DNA of 26,239 nucleotides from a virus. The position numbers and the translations under genes were made by a program. Shown one piece after another: positions 1 to 8,442 of the stretch; position 1 is the first letter of the stretch; each line of letters opens with the position of its first letter. The notes under the pieces are model-generated. The model searched no databases, had not been told where the DNA came from, and was given only the letters and a program-made list of their open reading frames with translations. The DNA is taken from positions 1-26,239 of IMG/VR virus record IMGVR_UViG_2811995091_000048; one strand, 5' to 3'.

Positions 1-1212
1 ATGAATACTCTTGTTCGTGCGAAACTTCAAGTGGCAAAAGAGTATATCAAAGATATAGATCATAAGGTAGAACTTGTCAAGAGTAAAGTTGATGAAAAAG
101 AGAAACTAATAAAAACACTTTTGAAGAAATCGTCCGATTCGGTAGAAAGTTATAATAATGAAATAAAGAATTCCCGCAAGCAAATCAAAGAAATCCAAAA
201 AAAAATAAAAATCAAACAAGAGAACATTGATCGCCTTCTTGAGAAAGTCAAAGACAAGGATGAAGTACCGCGAAAATTGTTGAAGATGGAAGGTTTAGAA
301 CAACAACTCAAAAACAAAATCAAAAATATTGATAAGAATGTAAAGTTCTATAAGGAGAACGATATTTGCCCGTCCTGCAAACAAGACATCGAAGAACACC
401 ACAAGGAATGTGTATTCAAAGAAAAGTCAGATGAGAAGAAAGAAGTGGAAGACGGTATTGCTGAATTGGTAGAGAACATTGACACCACAGGGAAACGATT
501 GGATGATATCAATATTGTGTTACAAGAGATCGATTCCTTACAAACACAAATCAACGAGAAGCAAAATCAAATTGATTCGTCCCTTCGCTACATTGAGAAG
601 ATGCAAAAGAATATCGAAGGTATAATGGAAGAAGGTGAAGAAGTCGAGGAGTCCAAAAAGGAACTTAGTGAGTTGATTGGTGAGGGTAAAGGATATGTTG
701 GTGATCGTAAGAAACAGGCAGAGGATAAGCATTATTATGAGATTGCGAGTGTTCTACTGAAGGATAGTGGCATCAAAGCGAAGATTATCAAACATTATCT
801 TCCAATTATGAACAAACTTATCAATAAGTATCTTGCGGATATGGACTTCTTTTGCCAGTTTGACTTGGATGAAAATTTCAACGAAACAATCAAGAGTCGC
901 CATCGTGATGAATTTACATATCATAGTTTCAGTGAAGGTGAACGATTACGGATTGACTTGTCTTTGCTATTGGCGTGGAGAGAGATTGCCAGATTGAAGA
1001 ACAGTGTGAATTGTAACTTGCTGATATTGGATGAAGTGTTTGATTCATCATTGGACTCAGTTGGAACAGAGGAGTTTCTGAAACTTCTAACAACTTTCGG
1101 AAATCGGGCAAATATATTTGTAATCTCTCATAAATCTGATACAATGACAGATAAGTTTAGCAATCATATTGTGTTTGAGAAGAAGAATAATTTTAGTAGG
1201 ATAAAGTTGTGA
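1..1212 (+). CDS. gp46: T4 gp46-like recombination endonuclease ATPase subunit (SbcC/Rad50 family), 5'-truncated by window edge
   Basis: Long coiled coil with zinc hook CPSC, ABC signature FSEGE, Walker B/D-loop LILDEVFDSSLD and H-loop VISHK. The Walker A half is absent, so the ATG at 1 is probably internal. Lies upstream of gp45/44/62 as in T4. Confidence 0.95.
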   Translation: MNTLVRAKLQVAKEYIKDIDHKVELVKSKVDEKEKLIKTLLKKSSDSVESYNNEIKNSRKQIKEIQKKIKIKQENIDRLLEKVKDKDEVPRKLLKMEGLEQQLKNKIKNIDKNVKFYKENDICPSCKQDIEEHHKECVFKEKSDEKKEVEDGIAELVENIDTTGKRLDDINIVLQEIDSLQTQINEKQNQIDSSLRYIEKMQKNIEGIMEEGEEVEESKKELSELIGEGKGYVGDRKKQAEDKHYYEIASVLLKDSGIKAKIIKHYLPIMNKLINKYLADMDFFCQFDLDENFNETIKSRHRDEFTYHSFSEGERLRIDLSLLLAWREIARLKNSVNCNLLILDEVFDSSLDSVGTEEFLKLLTTFGNRANIFVISHKSDTMTDKFSNHIVFEKKNNFSRIKL

Positions 1213-1919
1213 TGAATGTTTTTGTGATCGGAAATGGAGAAAGTCGAAAAGGTGTTGATTTAAATTCTTTGAATGGTAGAACTTATGGCTGTAATGCTCT
1301 TTATAGAGATTTTGCCCCAGACTATCTATTAGCAATAGACACCAATATGGTGATAGAAATATTTGAAAGTGGCTATTGCAAAGAACATCAATGTTATTTC
1401 TCTGACTGGGATACTTTCCCCGTTGAAATGTATTCTAATTTTCAGCAGGGAATTGGTCCGGTTATTCATGTAGGGGAAGAAGGAAAAGGAAAAGAAATTT
1501 CAATATTCGGTGAGGGTTCTGGAGGATTTGATATTACATACATCATATGGATAAATGACGAAAAAATAATACCATTTTCAAATGAATACTTTTTAGATAC
1601 TGGAACTAATGCAATAAAATTAGCATCAGAACATTTACCAGAAGGTGGGGTTATTTATATGTTAGGTTTTGATATGAAAGCAGGTAAAGAAGGAAAAAAT
1701 AACAACATATATAAAGATACAAAATGCTATTCTTCGAGCGATTCTGAAATGAGAAATACGGATAAATGGATCAATGAAATTAGAACAGTAATGAAAATTC
1801 ATCCTTTTATTTCATATTGCAGGGTAGATAACACAAAAAATCTTCCCGAAGAATGGAACGATTTGCATAATGTTGAGTGTATATCTTACGAAGAATTTGA
1901 ATCTAATTGTGTTGTATGA
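1212..1919 (+). CDS. DUF115/MptE-like (Maf/GT42-like Rossmann fold) protein, putative nucleotide-sugar-using enzyme
   Basis: N-terminal VFVIGNGESRKGVDL...TYGCNALY and later TGTNAIKLA...IYMLGFD match the GNGPS...CN...SG...IYLxGxD pattern of CstII/Maf-type folds. ATG at 1212 overlaps the gp46 stop (TGATG). Confidence 0.55.
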   Translation: MNVFVIGNGESRKGVDLNSLNGRTYGCNALYRDFAPDYLLAIDTNMVIEIFESGYCKEHQCYFSDWDTFPVEMYSNFQQGIGPVIHVGEEGKGKEISIFGEGSGGFDITYIIWINDEKIIPFSNEYFLDTGTNAIKLASEHLPEGGVIYMLGFDMKAGKEGKNNNIYKDTKCYSSSDSEMRNTDKWINEIRTVMKIHPFISYCRVDNTKNLPEEWNDLHNVECISYEEFESNCVV

Positions 1920-1921
1920 TA

Positions 1922-1929
1922 TATAAATA
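1922..1929 (+). promoter_or_regulatory. T4-type late promoter (TATAAATA)
   Basis: Exact T4 gp55 consensus in a 45-nt intergenic gap, followed by AAGGA (1954-1958) and ATG 1965. The motif also occurs inside genes in this AT-rich sequence, so its position is the main support. Confidence 0.6.
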
Positions 1930-1964
1930 TACATTGAGCCAGATGAATCTTATAAGGATAGACA

Positions 1965-2297
1965 ATGCCTAAATTAAATAATTTGTCGTATGATAAATAC
2001 TTGAAGCACGAATTATCGACCATTTCAGAGAATTTTTCTATAAGACAGTATAAATTGGCTCCTAAAGAAGAATATCCTTTTTTTGAGAGAGGAAGGGATA
2101 TCAGGGTAAGATTATTTTGGAAAGATGAACCAATATATGAGTTTTTGGTAGAGAAAACATTCTTTTTTCAATCAAACCGGAATGATGATGATAGAAAATA
2201 TATGAGATTGTGCGCTAGTTCAAAAATAGAAATGATTAAAGAAGCATATAAAAAAAGCAATAAAAATCGGGATAAAGTGTGTCATGCCATTAGGTAG
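1965..2297 (+). CDS. hypothetical protein (110 aa)
   Basis: ORF with AAGGA RBS 6 nt upstream, directly after the late-promoter motif; no recognisable family. Confidence 0.75.
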   Translation: MPKLNNLSYDKYLKHELSTISENFSIRQYKLAPKEEYPFFERGRDIRVRLFWKDEPIYEFLVEKTFFFQSNRNDDDRKYMRLCASSKIEMIKEAYKKSNKNRDKVCHAIR

Positions 2298-2997
2298 TGA
2301 TGTTTTTCGTCCCGGCGGTGGTGGTGGTGGTGGTGGTGATATTCTTGGGGGGTGTTGCGTTTTTGAAGATCGTGGCGACACTCCGCCAATACCGGGTACG
2401 GATATTACCACGGATTTTTATTGTCACTGGGTAACAGAAGATGTGTGTAGTTTACTTTTAGGACACTGGAAAGGACCAGATTTTTTATGTGGGGGATACT
2501 GGGTGTTGGGTGAATGGGTAGTAGGCAATCCTTGCTCATTGGCGCGCCGGGGAACATGTTGTGTTAATAATTGCTGTAAACATCGATGGAGTTATAGTTC
2601 GTGCTTCGTCTCTGGTGGTTCGTATCAAGGAGATGTTGAACCATTTATGGCGTGGGGGGATTGTGAAGAATGTGACGACCACAATTGCCGCCCATCAACT
2701 CCCGGAGCAACACCACCATACAGAACGCACAACATTGAAGGTAATGTTATTACCTATGTTAAAGATGATGTTGTAAAATATAAAGGTAAGATGTATGTTG
2801 CCACCGAAACAATACAAGGCTATAATCCCGAACAAAGCAAATTGTGGAAAAAATTATCAGATAGTCTTAAATATACTTCAGGAACAGAACCGCATATTGA
2901 TCCTCAAATAGGAGATGTGTGGTTTGATACATCTTCTGGAATATCATACACCTATTTTGATGATGGAAATACAGTACAATGGGTAGAGTTATCTTAA
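2284..2997 (+). CDS. putative virion/adhesion protein: poly-Gly, Cys-rich GxCC repeats, CBM5/12-like module, C-terminal GDxWxD module
   Basis: Gly8 run; 14 Cys in residues 24-135 arranged as two GxCC...C...C...G(W/Y)xG...C units; YVKDDVVKYKGKMYVA...GYNP...W fits the ChtBD3/CBM5-12 pattern; ends PQIGDVWFDTSSGISYTY...WVELS. Confidence 0.55.
   Translation: MPLGSDVFRPGGGGGGGGDILGGCCVFEDRGDTPPIPGTDITTDFYCHWVTEDVCSLLLGHWKGPDFLCGGYWVLGEWVVGNPCSLARRGTCCVNNCCKHRWSYSSCFVSGGSYQGDVEPFMAWGDCEECDDHNCRPSTPGATPPYRTHNIEGNVITYVKDDVVKYKGKMYVATETIQGYNPEQSKLWKKLSDSLKYTSGTEPHIDPQIGDVWFDTSSGISYTYFDDGNTVQWVELS
2314..2337 (+). repeat. GGC(GGT)7 trinucleotide repeat encoding Gly8
   Basis: Read directly from sequence, in frame with ORF 2284. 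Confidence 0.95.
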
Positions 2998-3021
2998 ACA
3001 ATAAAGGAAAAAGAGAAGAAA

Positions 3022-3213
3022 ATGCCTAAAAGTAAAAACAAATCAAAAAGAAACAACAATCCATATAACGAAGAAGATTTTTATGAAGTAAAAGGCAAAG
3101 GTATAAGAAAAGAAAAAAGAAAAGCAAAAAGACATCTTGATAAATCTTATTTGAAAGATACAATGGAAGGTGAAATCGACTGGGATGATTATGCCGATTA
3201 TTATGATATTTAA
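3022..3213 (+). CDS. small hypothetical protein, basic N-terminus and acidic/aromatic C-terminus (63 aa)
   Basis: AAGGA upstream; fills the gap before gp45; K/R-rich start and EGEIDWDDYADYYDI end. Confidence 0.75.
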   Translation: MPKSKNKSKRNNNPYNEEDFYEVKGKGIRKEKRKAKRHLDKSYLKDTMEGEIDWDDYADYYDI

Positions 3214-3228
3214 AGTTAGGATTATATT

Positions 3229-3927
3229 ATGGAAACTACTATGAACGAAATTAGTCTATCTAAAAGAACATTAGAAATTCTTAAGAATTTTTCAACAATC
3301 AATTCCAATATTCTTATTGAGCCAGGTAGTAATATTACTACAATTTCTCCTGTTAAGAATGTTATGGCGGAAGCAGTGGTGGAAGAAACCTTTGATGTTC
3401 AATTTGGACTTTGGGATTTAAATAAATTTTTGGGTGTAGTATCATTGTTTGATTCTCCAAAATTTATGTTTGGTGATAATTGTGTAACAATCAGCGAATC
3501 AAATAAAGGCAATAGTGTCCGTTATTACTATAGTGATCCAAGATTATTAACAACAGTTAATAAGAAAATTAATATGCCTAGTAGCGTTGTAGATTTTCAA
3601 TTGAAGCATAATGATTTTACAGATCTTCAAAAGGCTGCATCCATACTTCAAGTTGCAGATCTAGCAGTCAAAGCAAATGGAGATGAATTGATAATAGAGG
3701 CTCTCGACAAAAAAGATATTACTACAAACACCTATTCAATAAGTCTTGGTGATCTTCCAACCGATTATTGCGATTTTACTTTTTATTTTAAAGCAGAAAA
3801 TTTGAAACTTCTTCTTGGAAGTTATGATGTTTCTATAAGTGAAAAGGTAGTAAGCCAATTTAAACATCAAAATGTGGACTTGACATATTGGATTGCATTA
3901 GAGTCCGATTCCTATTACAACACTTAA
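3229..3927 (+). CDS. gp45: T4 gp45-like sliding clamp
   Basis: LSKRTLEILKNFSTINSNILI, KNVMAEA, FGLWDLNKFLGVVSLF, YYYSDP, FYFKAENLKLL, YWIALE motifs; directly precedes gp44. Confidence 0.95.
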   Translation: METTMNEISLSKRTLEILKNFSTINSNILIEPGSNITTISPVKNVMAEAVVEETFDVQFGLWDLNKFLGVVSLFDSPKFMFGDNCVTISESNKGNSVRYYYSDPRLLTTVNKKINMPSSVVDFQLKHNDFTDLQKAASILQVADLAVKANGDELIIEALDKKDITTNTYSISLGDLPTDYCDFTFYFKAENLKLLLGSYDVSISEKVVSQFKHQNVDLTYWIALESDSYYNT

Positions 3928-3942
3928 TATAGAAGATTTATT

Positions 3943-4878
3943 ATGGAAACCTATCTGTGGGTAGAGCGTTATAGACCAACCACAATTGAAGATTGTGTAT
4001 TACCGTTTTCAATTAAAAATTCTTTTCGTGATATTGTAAAAACGGGAGAATCTCAAAATTTGTTACTATCTGGTAATGCTGGTTGTGGGAAAACAACAAT
4101 AGCAAAAGCATTATGCAACGAGTTAGGCACAGATTATATTATGATTAATTGTTCGGAAGACGGAAATATTGATACTCTCCGTACAAAGATTCGTAATTTT
4201 GCAAGTACAGTTTCAATATCAGGAGACAAGAAGGTTGTCATTTTGGATGAATTTGATTATTCAAATGCCCAAAGTATGCAACCTGCTCTTCGTGGGTTTA
4301 TAGAAGAGTTTGCAGATAATTGCAGATTTATTTTAACTTGTAATTTTAAAAATAGAATTATTGAGCCGATCCATTCTCGTTGCACGAATATTAGTTTTAA
4401 TATTCCAAAGGACGAAAAACCTAAACTAGCAGCAGAATTTATGGAAAGATTGAAATATATTCTGGATAAAGAATCAATTCCTTATGAGGAAAAAGTTCTT
4501 GCAAGATTGATAATGAAACATTTTCCTGATTTTAGAAGAGTGATAAATGAAATTCAAAGATATTCTGTAGCAGGAACTATTGATATTGGAATTTTGTCGG
4601 ATGTTGGAAATGTTCAAGTAAAAGATTTAGTCAAATATATGAGGGAGAAAGATTTTACTTCTGCTAGAAAATGGGCTGTAGAAAATCTTGATAATGCTCC
4701 CAGTGAATTGCTCAGGAAAATTTATGATTCGTTATATGAAAATTTAACCCCTTTGTCTATTCCTCAAGCGATTCTAATTTTGGCAGAGTATCAATATAAG
4801 TCTGCGTTCGTTGCAGATCAAGAAATTAATTTGGTTGCATGTATAGTTGAGTTAATGATGAATTGTGAAATTAAGTGA
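3943..4878 (+). CDS. gp44: T4 gp44-like clamp loader large subunit (RFC-type AAA+)
   Basis: LWVERYRP RFC box, Walker A GNAGCGKT, Walker B ILDEFD, SRC motif (IHSRC), FPDFRRVIN, ADQEINL. Confidence 0.97.
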   Translation: METYLWVERYRPTTIEDCVLPFSIKNSFRDIVKTGESQNLLLSGNAGCGKTTIAKALCNELGTDYIMINCSEDGNIDTLRTKIRNFASTVSISGDKKVVILDEFDYSNAQSMQPALRGFIEEFADNCRFILTCNFKNRIIEPIHSRCTNISFNIPKDEKPKLAAEFMERLKYILDKESIPYEEKVLARLIMKHFPDFRRVINEIQRYSVAGTIDIGILSDVGNVQVKDLVKYMREKDFTSARKWAVENLDNAPSELLRKIYDSLYENLTPLSIPQAILILAEYQYKSAFVADQEINLVACIVELMMNCEIK

Positions 4879-5248
4879 TTACCTAAATTCAATAAATTAT
4901 ACCAAGGAAAATTTATTCAACACAGAGGATGAATTGGTTGAAAAGGAATATGTTCCTTTTGTAATAAATAGGTGCTTGTCTTATTTTCCAGATACAACTA
5001 TTCACGCAAATGCTATGAATGAAAATAGTCACATTGATAAGAAAATGCAATATGATTATTTTTTACATTCAACAAGAAAGAGAAAGAGATTTAGTAAATG
5101 GCTCAAAAGAGAAGATTCTGATAAGATCAATATAATGAAAAGGTATTTTGGTTATTCTAACCAAAAAGTTAGGGAGATTGAAGATATGATATCCGATTCA
5201 GACATTGATGAGATGAGAGATTTTCTTTCTCATGGAGGCAAAAAATAG
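4865..5248 (+). CDS. gp62: T4 gp62-like clamp loader small subunit
   Basis: LSDYLNSINYTK...YVPFVINRCLSYFPDT...QYDYF...RKRKRFSKW...YFGYSNQK pattern; GTG start overlapping the gp44 end; canonical position. Confidence 0.92.
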   Translation: MKLSDYLNSINYTKENLFNTEDELVEKEYVPFVINRCLSYFPDTTIHANAMNENSHIDKKMQYDYFLHSTRKRKRFSKWLKREDSDKINIMKRYFGYSNQKVREIEDMISDSDIDEMRDFLSHGGKK

Positions 5249-5297
5249 AATAGACTATATATTGTAGTGTGATAGAGGCGATTTTAAGGAACATATT

Positions 5298-5711
5298 ATG
5301 ATGGAAGAAGTAGATGATATTTTTGACGGTTTGGGTGTAGAAATTGAATTGAAGGAAGATGATGATTTCCTCAAAGTTCGAGAAACACTTACTCGAATCG
5401 GTGTATCTTCTAGACAAGAAAAAAAAATATACCAATCTTGCCATATATTGCATAAAAGAGGCAGATATGCAATTATGCATTTTAAAGAGTTGTTTATTTT
5501 AGATGGTCTTGAAAGTACTTTGTCTGATGGGGATATTGCTAGAAGAAATACGATAGTTAAATTGCTACACGAATGGGAACTGGTAGAAGTTCCTGACCCA
5601 GAAGAATACGAAGAACCTCAAGCAAGTTTAGCCAAAATTAAGATTATATCTCACAAAGATAAAGATGAGTGGGAACTTATTCCGAAATACCACATTGGTA
5701 AAAGAAACTAA
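5298..5711 (+). CDS. regA: RegA translational repressor
   Basis: DDFLKVRETLTRIGV...YQSCHILHKRGRYAIMHFKELF.LDG...RRNTI..LL.EW.L, ...WELIPKYHIG; follows gp62 as in T4. Confidence 0.96.
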   Translation: MMEEVDDIFDGLGVEIELKEDDDFLKVRETLTRIGVSSRQEKKIYQSCHILHKRGRYAIMHFKELFILDGLESTLSDGDIARRNTIVKLLHEWELVEVPDPEEYEEPQASLAKIKIISHKDKDEWELIPKYHIGKRN

Positions 5712-5714
5712 ATT

Positions 5715-6362
5715 ATGTTCAATATATCTTTAAAGAAAAGCCAACTTAATCAAGATTTATGGATAATGAAATTGTATGGAGAGCAAAGAAAAGGATTCTT
5801 TGTTGAGGTTGGATCTACTGACGGCACAAATTTAAGTAATACTTATTTGCTTGAGAAAGGATTGGGGTGGAAGGGGATATGTATTGATGCAGATCCTAAT
5901 CAATGGGAAAGTCTACAAAAAGAAAGAGATTGTATTGTTTCTAATGATTGTGTTTGGTCTAAGTCTGGCGAAGAAGTTCCGTACTTAGTCCAATCTTGTT
6001 ACAGCGGTATAGAATCTCACACCGAGAAAAAAAATTATCCAAATGAAGATGGTGTTGTTGACTATACAGAAACTATAAAATTAAAAACTAAGACATTAAA
6101 TGATATATTAAAAGAAAATAATGCACCAGAATTTATTGAATATATTAGTATCGATACAGAAGGTTCCGAATTAGAAGTTCTTAAAGGAATTAATTTTGAA
6201 GGAAAGTACACAATAGGTGCATTTACAATTGAACACAATCACGATGAAAACCGAAAAGAAGAAATTAAAAAATATTTAGAAGATAACGGATATGAAAGGT
6301 TTGCGGAAGTTGGTTGGGAGGATTGGTATTCTTTAAGAACCCTATATAAACACCTATTGTAG
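5715..6362 (+). CDS. FkbM-family SAM-dependent methyltransferase
   Basis: FFVEVGSTDG...SNTYLLEK.LGWKGICIDA and YISIDTEGSELEVLKG...FTIEHN are typical FkbM motifs. Confidence 0.88.
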   Translation: MFNISLKKSQLNQDLWIMKLYGEQRKGFFVEVGSTDGTNLSNTYLLEKGLGWKGICIDADPNQWESLQKERDCIVSNDCVWSKSGEEVPYLVQSCYSGIESHTEKKNYPNEDGVVDYTETIKLKTKTLNDILKENNAPEFIEYISIDTEGSELEVLKGINFEGKYTIGAFTIEHNHDENRKEEIKKYLEDNGYERFAEVGWEDWYSLRTLYKHLL

Positions 6363-6371
6363 GATTTGATT

Positions 6372-7025
6372 ATGAAAACTTTACTTTTAAGTTTCTATAG
6401 TGATATAGAAGATCGAACATATTACAGTGAACACGCAAAAACTCTTAAAGAGTCTTGCGTTATACACAATATTCCGCATGACATCCAAGAGAAAAAATCT
6501 CTAGGGACTTATCAGGATAATTGCCTTAGTAAACCACAATATATTCTTGACAAGTTGGAAGAACACAATTGTCCTCTTTTATGGGCAGATGTTGATTCCT
6601 TGGTGCATAAATCTTTAGATGTGTTTGATACATTTGAAGACAGTGCTGATGTAGCATTGTCAACATCAAACGGGAAAATTTCTGGGATTAAGGCATCTCC
6701 AATATATTTTAATTGTAACGAAAATTCCAAAAGGTTTTTGAATACATGGATAGGAACAACAAGAAAAATACTAGAGGAAGAAGGAAACCATTTTGATCAT
6801 GAACCTTTATTTGGGATAGTTGCAGGTTATTTGGAAGTAATAAATGTTGGGTTTGTCGGACCAGAATATTGCGTGTGGCCTGGACATACCAACGAAAATA
6901 GTTTCATAACGATGGGACTTGCTGATTCTGAAAACAAAAAAGATAATTTAAGAAAAATGGGATTGTCAGAAGATTTGATTGAGTGGCAATCGCCTGGTGA
7001 TAATTATGAAAACGAAATTCATTAG
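6372..7025 (+). CDS. GT-A nucleotide-diphospho-sugar transferase (GT77/GT34-like)
   Basis: KPQYIL..L.E....LLWADVD (DxD), ASPIYFN, DHEPL. ATG 6372 preferred over TTG 6366 because of AGGA at 6361-6364. Confidence 0.65.
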   Translation: MKTLLLSFYSDIEDRTYYSEHAKTLKESCVIHNIPHDIQEKKSLGTYQDNCLSKPQYILDKLEEHNCPLLWADVDSLVHKSLDVFDTFEDSADVALSTSNGKISGIKASPIYFNCNENSKRFLNTWIGTTRKILEEEGNHFDHEPLFGIVAGYLEVINVGFVGPEYCVWPGHTNENSFITMGLADSENKKDNLRKMGLSEDLIEWQSPGDNYENEIH

Positions 7026-8442
7026 TTTTTATTGCGACAGAGATGGTGGAGATTACTATTCTTCTTGTGCAAAGAAAATAAAATCTCGTCTTGACGAATT
7101 AGGAGCATCTCACGACATTAGAGAAATCCCGAGTCAAGATCACTACATGCTAAATTGTTTAGAAAAGCCAAAATTCATTCTTGATATGCTGAACGAATTA
7201 GACGAATCCTTAATATGGATTGATATTGATTGCACAATTAATCAATTACCCGAAGAGTTAGATGCAGTAGAAACTGATGTGGGGTTTGCAATAAGAGAAC
7301 ACGATTTAAAAACCCCCCACAGCGCATTGATATTTTTTAACAACACAGAAAAGAGTAAAGAATTCATAAGAGATTGGATTAAAAAATGTGACAGTAAAAA
7401 GAAAGATTCAATTTCAGGAAAATATACTTTGGGAGATCATGAGCAATTAATTCTTGCGGCAAAAGAGAATAAACCACAAGCAGTTTTTACTGTGTTCTCA
7501 CCTTCCCTTTGTGCAGTAGAAACTAATGTTTCTAAAGTAAGTATTGGTTTAAGTTATGGGGAAAACGAATGTAATAAGATACAAGCATTTTATCCACCAT
7601 TCAGTTTGAAGGATGGTTCTTCTTGCGGCAAATTAAAACCAAGATTTTTTAAATGGACAGATAGAGATTGTAAAATACAAGTATTCGTTGATAATGGTAT
7701 GGGTAGTATTCCTTCTCACCCCAGAGAGAAAGGAACATATAGGTTTGGATGGCTATGCGAATCGAAGGAAATCGTTAATCAATTGTATCTTGCATTAAAA
7801 TCCAAACATGAAATTTTCTTTGATCATTTTGATGGTATTTTTACTTGTGATGAAGAATTACTTCAATTAGATTCACGATTTATGTTTGCTTTGTCCGGCA
7901 GCAATCTTCCTTGGACATCAAGAGAGGATTTTGGTGTTCATGAAAAAAATAAGTTGTGTTCACTTCTTGCTTCTCCAAAACAAATGACAAAAGGTCATCA
8001 ATTACGGTATGAATGGGCAGATAAATTAAAAAATGATATAGATGTGTTTGGTGGTGTTTCTGGTTCTTCTAAAATCGGAACTGATGGGTTTGCTTCTGCT
8101 GCACACCCACCAAAAACAGAAGCATTGAGAGATTATATGTTTTCGATTACGATTGAGAACGCATCCTATAATCATTATTTTACAGAAAAAATAACAGACT
8201 GTTTTGCAAATGGAACCATACCTGTTTATTGGGGATGTCCCAACATCGGACAATATTTTAACGAAGATGGAATTATAGTTTTAAATGATTCTTTTGATAT
8301 CAAAGATTTGAATGAGGAATTATACAACAGCAAAATAGATGCAGTAAAAGAGAATTATGAAAAAATAAAAACAATGAAACTTTCTGATGATATTTTGTGG
8401 GAAATGGTTTCTCAGTATATTGATAAGGCTGAAAACAAATGA
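7006..8442 (+). CDS. two-domain glycosyltransferase: GT77-like N-terminus fused to GT10 (alpha-1,3/4-fucosyltransferase-like) C-terminus
   Basis: N-terminus is paralogous to ORF 6372 (SFY.D, YYS, HDI, NCL.KP..IL, WIDID). C-terminus has the GT10 motif YMFSITIENASYNHYFTEKITDCFANGTIPVYWG. ATG 7006 chosen by alignment with the paralog. Confidence 0.8.
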   Translation: MKTKFISFYCDRDGGDYYSSCAKKIKSRLDELGASHDIREIPSQDHYMLNCLEKPKFILDMLNELDESLIWIDIDCTINQLPEELDAVETDVGFAIREHDLKTPHSALIFFNNTEKSKEFIRDWIKKCDSKKKDSISGKYTLGDHEQLILAAKENKPQAVFTVFSPSLCAVETNVSKVSIGLSYGENECNKIQAFYPPFSLKDGSSCGKLKPRFFKWTDRDCKIQVFVDNGMGSIPSHPREKGTYRFGWLCESKEIVNQLYLALKSKHEIFFDHFDGIFTCDEELLQLDSRFMFALSGSNLPWTSREDFGVHEKNKLCSLLASPKQMTKGHQLRYEWADKLKNDIDVFGGVSGSSKIGTDGFASAAHPPKTEALRDYMFSITIENASYNHYFTEKITDCFANGTIPVYWGCPNIGQYFNEDGIIVLNDSFDIKDLNEELYNSKIDAVKENYEKIKTMKLSDDILWEMVSQYIDKAENK

